Shown one piece after another: positions 15,997 to 24,026 of a stretch of 32,000 nt of DNA. A program made the position numbers and the translations under genes. A model generated the notes under the pieces. That model did not search any database, had not been told where the DNA came from, and saw only the letters and a list, made by a program, of their open reading frames with translations. The stretch spans positions 90,001 through 122,000 of the forward strand of contig CP126532.1 in the NCBI GenBank assembly GCA_030167145.1. The letters run 5' to 3'. Each line of letters starts with the position of its first letter. The stretch's first letter is position 1. This DNA is from Ktedonobacterales bacterium. Lineage in GTDB: Bacteria; Chloroflexota; Ktedonobacteria; Ktedonobacterales; JADMIN01.

Positions 15997-18840
15997 CTAT
16001 GAAGAGGGAGCTGCCACTACCTGAAAATCACTCAGCAGGAGCGCCTCACTCAATGAAGCACTTCCCACTGACAGCACGCCACACGAGGAAAACGAGATAG
16101 GCGCAATCAGAAGCGTCTGGGACGTTCCACTCGTCGCAGTGGCAGTGGGTGTCAGTGAAGGTACACCTGTCGTGGACCCTGCTGCTGCAGGATTGCTCGG
16201 CGCTATTGGCACCCAGGTGCCAACGGTCTGCCATGCCGCGCCGTCCACGCTAAACGACCCAGTAAAATTGGCCGAAGTACGGGAGATGCGCACGGTGATA
16301 GAATGGGGCGACGTCCCATTTGAGGCAGCTTGCGTGAAGCACGGAGATGTCTGATAGGCTAGCTCGGCACAGAATGACACGGTGCCTTTGCGGTTTGTGA
16401 GCAATGTTATCCAGTCTCCATCGTCCAGGTAGAGCACCAATCCTGCCTGCGTACTCGCTGCGGCATCAGGCGTCATGGTGATCGTCGTTGAAACCGTAGC
16501 ATCGCCTGCCGGCGCAGATTGCAGTAGCGCGGCTTCATCCTGGGTGCTCATCAGCCGCACACCAGCATGTGACGAGATTGCCTTTGCCCCAGACCCGACG
16601 AGATACCAGCGCGCATCCACGGATCCACCGCTCAGTGTGTCATCGAATGTCCCGCCATTGGCCACCTCGCCGAGAGACACCCAGTCACTGGCACTAGATT
16701 GCCTGCCCATCGCTGGGGCCAACGTCGCGACACTGGCGCGCGCGCCGCCTGCAAGCACCTGATTACCAGCCACTGTGGCGAGCACACTATTCCCTGGTCC
16801 AACCGCCACCGCGAGAGCACCCGCTGATCGGGATACACTGGATGGTATCTCTGGCAAGGTAGTCCACACGGGAGTGGGTCCTTGCGCTGCGCTAGGCGCT
16901 GTTATCGCGCCTTGATATGCGTTGCGCGTTCCGAGCGCGTAGATATGTATGAGTGATGAGGTTGTGGTCGAACTCGTGGATGTGCTGCTCGTCGAAGCAG
17001 CAGGTGAGACATCTGTTCCTGCGATGAGAGCCGTAAACCGTATGGACGACGGCAGCGCCGAGATCTTCCACCCTTTTTGGATGGCATTTGTTCGGAGCCA
17101 CCAAATCTGGCCGCTGGTGTCAAGCGCTAGCACGTCGAGTGGTGTATCTGGCCACCCGCCAATCCAGTACTGCGGACTGCTATTCTCAGCGACAACTAGC
17201 AGGCGCCCCATAAAATGGGTGTTCGCGGGCTGCCCATGAATTGCCATCCAATCGCTCCACCCGGCAGGAGCCTGCGCTGATCCATCCGAGCTGAGCAACG
17301 CAGCTTGCCATACGCGCTCGTACAGCACGCCATCCTGGCCGAGAGCGACCACTAAAGGCGTTCCAGCGCCAGGAGACCCCGCTATGGTGAAACTGCTCGC
17401 CAGCTCACTTGTGCCCGGATGCCCCAGGGACATCCAGCCGCCAAACTGGCCTACCGGGCCAGCGCGCCACCAAAGGTTGCCATCAGCGCCTCGTGCCGTC
17501 ACAGCAATGCCGCCAGCAAATGCAGTCGCGGAGACACCGGGCTGAAGTATGACGTTTGTCGGCATATCATAGTCAAGCCAGAACACGCCCAGCGTTCGTG
17601 GCGATGTTCGCGCGGCGTACAGGTGCCCATCCATCCCAACGACGTAGCTAAACCGCGTGCCGTCAGGCAACAGCACCGTTGCTGGCTGTTGATTGATAAT
17701 TAAGCGTACACCGGGCGGCGCTCCAAGGCTGCGTGCCGTGGCATGAGTTGCGACAGTCGTGTTTGCATCTGGCAGAAAGGCTGACGAAGACCAGACCAGA
17801 TCGGCAAGTGTACCCCCACTGGTCACGACAGTGGCGCCTGCAAGTGACGGAAGTCCGCCTGGAGACTGCTTCGGCGTGGCCGTAGTTGCCGAGGAGGACG
17901 AACTGGTCCCACCGGTTGAGGCTGCTTGGTGCTTTGCGGGGAACGTACCCTTATTGTTGATATTGTGCAGCCAGCCGTATGTCGCGCGCGAGGTCCCCAT
18001 TGTGCCATTCCAGCGATAGGTTGGCAATGAGGTGTCGTGGTGGGTCGAGCCACTGACGATCCAATGTGAATGAACATCGGTAAGCGCCAGGTGATCTGAT
18101 GGGTGGTCATCACTGCCCCATTTTACGTTCTCTTCCGCAGTGATAATGTCGCCACCCCGCACCGCTGCCACGACTGCCACATGGCCACCGTGCGTGCCAT
18201 CAGGGCCAGTTGGCCAGGGCGCACCATTGCTGTTCACGGATCCCCACACGAGAATGTCGCCAGGGACCGGCGCATGGCTTGAACCGTTCGGATACATCAC
18301 AAAATCGGTAGGATGATTCGCGGGTAACCAGAGGTCAGGCGCATTTCCCCACCCTGAGCGTCCCCACTGGTTGGGAGCGTCGCCAAAAGCCCATGCTGAA
18401 AATCGAGTGACCAATTCGACACACTGAAACGTCAACCCATAGCCATCGCTTGTCGCATTCCCAGGAGCGCATCCCGTCTCCGGCCAGTTGCTCGGAACGC
18501 GGTCGCAACTTACGTTCGCGGAGTTCGGCGCCACGCCATTATTACCATTACCGCAGACATCTACGCCAAACCATCCGTTTCGCGCACCATGCCCGCTCAA
18601 AATAGTCCGCCCCCAGCTTGCCCCATTCGTGACCGTAGGATCCTGACGCGCAAGTACCGAGCATGCTGCATCAGGGGACAGGAGATGCGAGATTTGTGCG
18701 AATGCGGGACTTGCCACCGTAAATGATCCAGCCAGCAAGAGCAACATCACTGCCACACATGAGGCAACCGCCGTATAGCGCTCGCGACCACTCTTCCTGT
18801 TGAAACTGTTTTGGCCGCCCCGTATCCACTCTGCGCACAT
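15997..18840 (-). CDS. Secreted multidomain protein: CHAP amidase/peptidase + beta-propeller-like repeats + Ser/Thr linker + C-terminal ConA/LamG-like domain
   Basis: A signal peptide ends in 'SPAFA/Q'. CHAP Cys is in 'FQCVELVTRF' (C140) and CHAP His in 'GGHVAVVAAV' (H220). Repeated 'G.DG.L(Y/W)...W..W..LG' units occur around aa 400-620. A linker 'SPAASTSSTSTSSTTTSS' follows. The C-terminal segment 'WYLVGSG...AGLVLYLDDGDWITLL...ISRTSANFTGSFSVDGAAWQTVG' resembles ConA-like/DUF1349 domains. Confidence 0.78.
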   Translation of the reverse strand: MCAEWIRGGQNSFNRKSGRERYTAVASCVAVMLLLLAGSFTVASPAFAQISHLLSPDAACSVLARQDPTVTNGASWGRTILSGHGARNGWFGVDVCGNGNNGVAPNSANVSCDRVPSNWPETGCAPGNATSDGYGLTFQCVELVTRFSAWAFGDAPNQWGRSGWGNAPDLWLPANHPTDFVMYPNGSSHAPVPGDILVWGSVNSNGAPWPTGPDGTHGGHVAVVAAVRGGDIITAEENVKWGSDDHPSDHLALTDVHSHWIVSGSTHHDTSLPTYRWNGTMGTSRATYGWLHNINNKGTFPAKHQAASTGGTSSSSSATTATPKQSPGGLPSLAGATVVTSGGTLADLVWSSSAFLPDANTTVATHATARSLGAPPGVRLIINQQPATVLLPDGTRFSYVVGMDGHLYAARTSPRTLGVFWLDYDMPTNVILQPGVSATAFAGGIAVTARGADGNLWWRAGPVGQFGGWMSLGHPGTSELASSFTIAGSPGAGTPLVVALGQDGVLYERVWQAALLSSDGSAQAPAGWSDWMAIHGQPANTHFMGRLLVVAENSSPQYWIGGWPDTPLDVLALDTSGQIWWLRTNAIQKGWKISALPSSIRFTALIAGTDVSPAASTSSTSTSSTTTSSLIHIYALGTRNAYQGAITAPSAAQGPTPVWTTLPEIPSSVSRSAGALAVAVGPGNSVLATVAGNQVLAGGARASVATLAPAMGRQSSASDWVSLGEVANGGTFDDTLSGGSVDARWYLVGSGAKAISSHAGVRLMSTQDEAALLQSAPAGDATVSTTITMTPDAAASTQAGLVLYLDDGDWITLLTNRKGTVSFCAELAYQTSPCFTQAASNGTSPHSITVRISRTSANFTGSFSVDGAAWQTVGTWVPIAPSNPAAAGSTTGVPSLTPTATATSGTSQTLLIAPISFSSCGVLSVGSASLSEALLLSDFQVVAAPSS

Positions 18841-19099
18841 GCCCGCCCCCTTCGCGCGAACGAGTCCATATCTGTTCCGACACCATCAGGGGATTAGTAA
18901 TTGAACCGCCATCGTATCCGCGTGCTAGACCGGGTTCGGAACACGGTATAACGCTGGAACGCTGATCCACGAAATTGAGCTTGCGGGCACAAAGTGTCCC
19001 TTACCGACATATGACGTTTGAGTGGTGGTAGATGTTTCATTCTACAGCACATTCCCACGCATATCTGGCATATGGGTACAGAACCTCACCACGACCCGC

Positions 19100-19933
19100 T
19101 CATTCCGCTTCGAGCACGTAGCGCAAGATAGAATCTGCCGCACCGCCCTCCCAATTGGGCCTGGCGAGGGCCTGTGCGACAGCCCGCACTTCTTCCACGG
19201 CGTTGCCCATTGCTACAGAGAAACCTGCGGTAGAGAGCAACGATACATCATTGATACCATCACCTATAGCAAATGTCTCGCTCAACGGAATCCCCATGCG
19301 CTTGGCCAGTATCTCCAGCGTATTCCCCTTTGAAGCAGTAGGTGAAAATACCGTCAGCTCCGCGGTTCCGTAGTTTCCCATATCAAGGATTTGCCAGCCG
19401 CATTGCAGCGTCCCAATTTCGTCCGCGGCAGCGCGCAGCCGTTTAGGGTCGCCGAACGCAACCACGCGCAAGGGATTCACTCCGCCATCGCAGAGCGCTT
19501 CAATAGGTACCTCGACGATTTGATCAGCAAACAATGTCAGATAATTGGCATCCCATACCACGCAGGGAGCAGGCGCTACGAGCAATCGCTCTCTATGCTG
19601 CTCGCTGGTTTGTGCGATGGGCCGCAATCCATGAGCGTAGATGATTTCAACAACTGATCGGGCTACGAGCATGTCCAGCGCATTGCTCGCCAGAATAGTA
19701 CCACCTGGGTACTCGCGCAATTGTGCTCCGTCGCAGAGAATCAATGGACCCGACAAGTCTAATGCTTTGGCTATGGGAGCAGCACCCGTGAAACGTCGAG
19801 ATGTAGCGAGCACAAGCGTAATTCCTGCGGTAGCGAGAGCACGAGCGACTGCTCTAGTCTTCTCTGTGACTTGCCCACCGGGATCGAGCAATGTTCCATC
19901 CAGGTCTGCTGCCACAAGGCGAAATCTACTCAT
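19100..19933 (-). CDS. Cof-type HAD-IIB family phosphatase
   Basis: HAD motif I is 'AADLDGTLL', motif II is 'LATSR' and motif IV is 'GDGINDVSLL...AMGNA'. Purine-rich RBS (GAGAGGGTGG) upstream. Confidence 0.88.
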   Translation of the reverse strand: MSRFRLVAADLDGTLLDPGGQVTEKTRAVARALATAGITLVLATSRRFTGAAPIAKALDLSGPLILCDGAQLREYPGGTILASNALDMLVARSVVEIIYAHGLRPIAQTSEQHRERLLVAPAPCVVWDANYLTLFADQIVEVPIEALCDGGVNPLRVVAFGDPKRLRAAADEIGTLQCGWQILDMGNYGTAELTVFSPTASKGNTLEILAKRMGIPLSETFAIGDGINDVSLLSTAGFSVAMGNAVEEVRAVAQALARPNWEGGAADSILRYVLEAE

Positions 19934-19986
19934 ACCACCCTCTCATCATCCTAATCCTCTTACCTACCGCTGAGCGCATACAGCGT

Positions 19987-20334
19987 TCATTGCTCTCGTT
20001 TTCCGCCCGTCCTGGCTGAAAATAATCGGGAACGGATTGGATGGGTACAGAGAAATATACTTAGTGCCACTGTGAAGGCAAGAAGCGCAGCGTCTGCACG
20101 GCCACGCCAGAGTGTGAACGTTGAGGCGTCCGGTGTGCCGATCAGACGCTGGCATGTCTCCATTCCGGAGACAATGATTTCCGTCGTCCCGCTTCCCACA
20201 AACCACAGACTGACAATGAATAACACAAAAATGCGGAACGTGTGCCAGCGGCGCATCCGTAGCGCCAGGATGCCGCCGATGATCAATTGTCCAAAGCCAA
20301 AGAGCAGTGAGAGAATGAGGTTCATATTTTCCAT
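19987..20334 (-). CDS. Hypothetical small (115 aa) three-helix membrane protein
   Basis: It has hydrophobic helices. I prefer the start 'MENMNLILSLLFGF' at 20334 because the longer track ORF (to 20379) would overlap the upstream gene by 35 nt. No homology recognised. Confidence 0.45.
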   Translation of the reverse strand: MENMNLILSLLFGFGQLIIGGILALRMRRWHTFRIFVLFIVSLWFVGSGTTEIIVSGMETCQRLIGTPDASTFTLWRGRADAALLAFTVALSIFLCTHPIRSRLFSARTGGKREQ

Positions 20335-20344
20335 GCCAGATAGG

Positions 20345-20521
20345 TTAGTCGTCGTCCAGTGCGCGGTGCAATTCCGCAATGCGCTGGCGCACTTCGTCGA
20401 GAGTAGAGACTTCTAGTTCCGTCATTTCCTCTTCGATACTTTCCAGTCGCTCAAGCTGGAGCATGATGTCGTACTCGCGAGGGTCGAAGTCCTCGCTTGG
20501 CTTCTCATCGTCATCGTTCAT
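20345..20521 (-). CDS. Hypothetical 58-aa highly acidic, predicted helical protein
   Basis: 'MNDDDEKPSEDFDPREYDIMLQLERLESIEEEMTELEVSTLDEVRQRIAELHRALDDD'. AGGAG (plus-strand ctcct, 20531-20535) lies 9 nt upstream of the ATG at 20521. The GTG at 20530 abuts the RBS and so is unlikely to be the start. Confidence 0.5.
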   Translation of the reverse strand: MNDDDEKPSEDFDPREYDIMLQLERLESIEEEMTELEVSTLDEVRQRIAELHRALDDD

Positions 20522-20565
20522 TTGCAGCACCTCCTACATTGCTAGCGCCTTCACCATTTAGCGTA

Positions 20566-21915
20566 TCATGTTCCCACCAGAAAAGTGGTCGAAGGGTCGA
20601 GATAGCTCCAGCTCGCGGCTGAATCCGCGCCGCTGTCTATCAGCACGGGTGATTTGAACCCCCCATTGGCAAACGAAGCCACGTAGAGACCATAGTCTGC
20701 GCCGTGTGGCTTTCGGAGTGGTGCGCCCTGCCAAGCTGTGCCACTGCCTGCTGAGAACACAACATGCGCGCCGTCGTTGCTCCACGGGCTACCCGTCGCT
20801 GGGCGCCAAGTAACGGGCGCAGCGGGCGTTACAGGCGCAGGTAGAACCGTTGCGCCTGCGTCGTACATGAGCAGAGGTTGCACGCGCTGATGTGCTGGGT
20901 CTACCAATTGCCAACCACCCACGTCATGAATCAGCACGTGTTGCCCGTCGGGCGACCACCAGGGCAACGCGTTTGGGTCGCTCTCCGCCCAGGAGTATGA
21001 CACGTTCTGTGTGGTCCCTAGCCTCATCAGCATAAAGACTTGAGGCGTGCGTACCAGCAGACTCGCACCGTTCGGAGAAAACGCGGCATCGAGCAGCGCA
21101 GGAACGGTGAGCAGAGGCCGTGGCGCTTGCCCTGGATGTACATCCATCAAGGTTACGCCATTCGCTGTTTGGGTGGGGTAGACAAGCTCATCCGTATTTG
21201 GCCGCCAAAGCAGGTGCGCTGGGCGATTTGTCTGGGGGAGCGTGAGCAGCGCGTTATGCGCCAGAGGGGAGCCGGTACTACCAGGCGGACCGAGTAGCAA
21301 TGAGCCTGCCGAATCAATCACGGCGATCTGTTTGCCATCCGGCGAGAGCACTGGCAGGCTCGCAGCGCCCAGCACTGTTTTGCGTGCTATGCCCGCAGGC
21401 TGGTCCGCCTGCGAGACAATATACGCTGCGACCGCGCCAATTTCGCCAGGTTGCCCGTAGGTCTCACGATAGAGCAGGCGGTTGCCGTCTGCATTCCACC
21501 AGCCATCGCTCCGCGCAACGGTATCGTTACCTGGCGTGATTTGCAATGGAAAACCGCCATTGATGCTCACAACTCCAAGGCTTCCCGGCTGATCTGACAC
21601 ACTGGCAGACCCACCGGGCAAGGACACAGATACCTGCGCCACGCCCCGAAAGACAAGTTGATGGTGATCAGGAGACCACGCATAACCTGCAACTCCGCCG
21701 GTCACGAGTTCCCGCGCCTGTGTGCCGTCTTCCTGGATCACCCAAAGCTGGCCATTGCGCACGAACGCGAGCATGTCGCCGCCCGTGTGAACACCACAGC
21801 CTGCGAGCGAAAGCAGTGCCATTGACGCTGCCACTAGACAGCAGAAGGCGTACAGCGTCGCCAGTCGCGTTCTAGTTCGCGGGAACCTGGTTGTTCGTAG
21901 CTGTGTTGTATTCAT
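20566..21915 (-). CDS. TolB-like (PD40/WD40-like beta-propeller repeat) lipoprotein
   Basis: I prefer the start 'MNTTQLRTTRFPRTRTRLATLYAFCCLVAASMALLSLAGCG' at 21915, which gives a lipobox LAGC. Recurrent PD40 signatures are present: 'SPDHHQLVF', 'NADGNRLLY', 'SPDGKQIAV', 'SPNGASLLV', 'SPDGQHVLI' and 'SNDGAHVVF'. The track extension to 22317 overlaps uraD and looks spurious. Confidence 0.8.
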   Translation of the reverse strand: MNTTQLRTTRFPRTRTRLATLYAFCCLVAASMALLSLAGCGVHTGGDMLAFVRNGQLWVIQEDGTQARELVTGGVAGYAWSPDHHQLVFRGVAQVSVSLPGGSASVSDQPGSLGVVSINGGFPLQITPGNDTVARSDGWWNADGNRLLYRETYGQPGEIGAVAAYIVSQADQPAGIARKTVLGAASLPVLSPDGKQIAVIDSAGSLLLGPPGSTGSPLAHNALLTLPQTNRPAHLLWRPNTDELVYPTQTANGVTLMDVHPGQAPRPLLTVPALLDAAFSPNGASLLVRTPQVFMLMRLGTTQNVSYSWAESDPNALPWWSPDGQHVLIHDVGGWQLVDPAHQRVQPLLMYDAGATVLPAPVTPAAPVTWRPATGSPWSNDGAHVVFSAGSGTAWQGAPLRKPHGADYGLYVASFANGGFKSPVLIDSGADSAASWSYLDPSTTFLVGT

Positions 21916-22101
21916 CGCTTCGCCATTGTAGAGTCTTGAACCGCGAGACGCAAGGTCGCACCGCCCGAGTATCACGTTCCGCCAGCGGTAACAATGTGGC
22001 ATGTTCCCGATGATATGTGCCCTCACTGTACCAACGCGATGCCTGCCAAGGTGCGGTATACTTTCGGCACGAGACACGCAATTTGGAAGTTTGGAGGGGA
22101 C

Positions 22102-22635
22102 ATGGCTGAGTATCCAATACCCCTGTTTGAACTCAATACACTGGATCAGGCAGATTTCACCCGTGTACTGGAGCCGCTCTTCGAGGGGCCACCATGGATC
22201 GTAGAGCGTGCCTGGCTGGAACGCCCCTTTGACACACGTGAAGTCCTCTATCAAGCAGTTTGTACGATCATGTACGCAGCCTCGCTTGATGAGCAACTCG
22301 CCTTGTTGCGCGCACACCCTGACCTGGTGGGCCGCGCGGCACTGGCGGGCACGCTGAGCGGGGCATCTACTGGAGAGCAGTCCGCTGCGGGACTGGATCG
22401 GCTGACACCCGATGACATCGCACTATTCACGCGCGAGAACGCCGCATATCGCGCTACGTTCGGCTTTCCATTCATCATCTGTGCCCGCGAACATACCAAA
22501 AGCAGCATCCTCACCGCGTTTGCCGAGCGTTTGCCGCATACTCGCGAGCAGGAGATGGAGACGGCGCTAGCTGAGGTTGCGAAGATATGCGCGTTGCGGT
22601 TGCGCGATCTGGTTCGACAAGAGGGTGAGGAGTAG
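22102..22635 (+). CDS. uraD: 2-oxo-4-hydroxy-4-carboxy-5-ureidoimidazoline (OHCU) decarboxylase
   Basis: 'LNTLDQADFTRVLEPLFEGPPWIVERAW...LLRAHPDLVGRAA...FGFPFIICAREHTKSSIL' matches the OHCU decarboxylase pattern. GGAGGGG at 22093-22099 precedes the ATG at 22102. Confidence 0.88.
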   Translation: MAEYPIPLFELNTLDQADFTRVLEPLFEGPPWIVERAWLERPFDTREVLYQAVCTIMYAASLDEQLALLRAHPDLVGRAALAGTLSGASTGEQSAAGLDRLTPDDIALFTRENAAYRATFGFPFIICAREHTKSSILTAFAERLPHTREQEMETALAEVAKICALRLRDLVRQEGEE

Positions 22636-22636
22636 A

Positions 22637-23593
22637 ATGGCTGGCAGCTACGATTACACCATCAGCTATGGCAAGCTGCGCGTGCCAGTTTATCGCGTCT
22701 ACGCGCGACCACTGGCGGGGCTTGAGGCGATTCCAGAATCAGCGTTCACAGGAAGGAAGAACAACCTTTTTGCGGTCGAGGTGGATGTCGAGGTCTTTGG
22801 CAAGAACTTCTTGCCCGCCTACACTGTGGGCGATAATACGCAGGTCGTTGCTACCGATAGTATGAAGAACTTTGTGCTGCGGCAGGCGCTAGCCTACGAC
22901 GGCGCAACTGTGGAAGGCCTTGTTGATTGGTTGGGGCGGCGATTCCTGGCGACCTACGAGCAGATGGAGGCATTGCGGCTTACCGCCAGAGAACTGCCGT
23001 TTGCGCCTGCGTTTGTACCCCAACATACCGATGAAGCTTCCACTGCTTTCGGCGCAAGCGATGTGCTTTTCAGCCGCGCGCACGACGATTACGGGGTTGC
23101 GACGCTGGACTTTAGCCGTGCGCCTGATGGCAGTCCAACTTTGACTGCACATCGTTGCGGTCGCGTGAATCTCCAATTGATGAAGATCACCGGTAGTGCC
23201 TTTACTTCATTTGTTCGCGATGACTACACCACGCTGCCAGAGCGTGGCGACCGCCCGCTCTTTATCTATTTCGATGCCCGGTGGACCTACCTGGACCCTA
23301 TCGCCCATATGCTGGCGCCTAGTGGAGAAGGCTACGTGGCTGGCGAGCAGGTGCGCGATCTCATTCAAACCGTCTTCCATGAATTCGTCAGCGAGTCCAT
23401 TCAACATCTCGTGCATGAGATAGGTACCCGCATCCTAGCGCGTTTTCCGCAGCTTGCCGAGATCTCATTCGACGCGCAGAACCGTACACGCGATCCTGTG
23501 GCTGCATCTGACACCGATCCGAAGGTCAAAGTCTACACCGACCCGTTCTCGGCATATGGTGAGATTAAGCTAACGATGCGACGACAGAGCTAG
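22637..23593 (+). CDS. pucL: Factor-independent urate oxidase (uricase)
   Basis: 'GDNTQVVATDSMKNFV' and 'ITGSAFTSFVRDDYTTLPERGDRPLFIYFDARWTY' parallel conserved uricase motifs, as in the Arthrobacter and Bacillus enzymes. The ATG at 22637 is 1 nt after the uraD stop and has GAGGAG upstream. Confidence 0.9.
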   Translation: MAGSYDYTISYGKLRVPVYRVYARPLAGLEAIPESAFTGRKNNLFAVEVDVEVFGKNFLPAYTVGDNTQVVATDSMKNFVLRQALAYDGATVEGLVDWLGRRFLATYEQMEALRLTARELPFAPAFVPQHTDEASTAFGASDVLFSRAHDDYGVATLDFSRAPDGSPTLTAHRCGRVNLQLMKITGSAFTSFVRDDYTTLPERGDRPLFIYFDARWTYLDPIAHMLAPSGEGYVAGEQVRDLIQTVFHEFVSESIQHLVHEIGTRILARFPQLAEISFDAQNRTRDPVAASDTDPKVKVYTDPFSAYGEIKLTMRRQS

Positions 23594-23661
23594 GTGCAGG
23601 CGAATAATCTACTCGTCGGACGTCTTCACTCAATGCATTCGACCAAAGGAAACAGATACAC

Positions 23662-24024
23662 ATGGCGGGAAAACTGACAACTCATGTGCTGGATACAGCG
23701 CATGGTATCCCTGCTGCGGCGATGGGTATAGAGTTATGGCAATTAGGCGCATCCGAGGCAGAGCGAACGTTGCTTACCACGACTCGTACCAATGATGATG
23801 GACGCATCGAGATGTCACTGCTTGATAGTGAGAACATGGCTGTTGGCGTCTATGAGTTGGTGTTCGATGTGGGAGGATACTTCACTGCCATTGGATTACA
23901 GGCGAGCAGTCCGCCTTTTCTGGGGCGGGTGCCAGTGCGCTTTGGCATTGCAGACCCCGAGGCGCACTATCACGTGCCATTGCTGGTCTCGCCCTGGGCA
24001 TACTCGACCTATCGCGGGAGCTAG
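23662..24024 (+). CDS. uraH: 5-hydroxyisourate hydrolase (transthyretin-like)
   Basis: 'LTTHVLDTAHGIPAA' at the N-terminus. 'HYHVPLLVSPWAYSTYRGS' is the diagnostic C-terminal YRGS signature. Confidence 0.93.
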   Translation: MAGKLTTHVLDTAHGIPAAAMGIELWQLGASEAERTLLTTTRTNDDGRIEMSLLDSENMAVGVYELVFDVGGYFTAIGLQASSPPFLGRVPVRFGIADPEAHYHVPLLVSPWAYSTYRGS

Positions 24025-24026
24025 AC

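Noticed and set aside
16949-17010. Nucleotide-level low-complexity or repeat tracts inside the CHAP gene, the Rieske gene (12781-12840) and the Pro-rich gene (28400-28700).
   Set aside because: They encode Ser/Thr linkers, an Ala-rich TM helix and a Pro-rich tract respectively. They are compositional coding features, not CRISPR, tandem-repeat or mobile-element structure.
18918-18936. tRNA-like T-arm ('GGGTTCGGAAC'), as part of a general tRNA/rRNA scan.
   Set aside because: It does not match the GGTTCGAATCC-type T-loop. There is no acceptor or anticodon stem context. I noticed no other tRNA-like segments in the intergenic regions.
18872-18940. c-di-AMP (ydaO/kimA-class) riboswitch upstream of the CHAP cell-wall hydrolase.
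   Set aside because: Only one block (CCGAACCCG) resembles the consensus. The pseudo-symmetric GGGGA/ACCC and GGUGAAUC elements and the CAGCUAACCUCGUAAGCG segment are absent. I kept it only as an unclassified leader (see findings).
20345-20521. The 58-aa acidic protein as exonuclease VII small subunit (XseB), because of 'LERLES' and its helical, acidic character.
   Set aside because: It is too short. It lacks the conserved 'G(D/E)L.LEE...ERG' core. No xseA is adjacent. The similarity is likely compositional.
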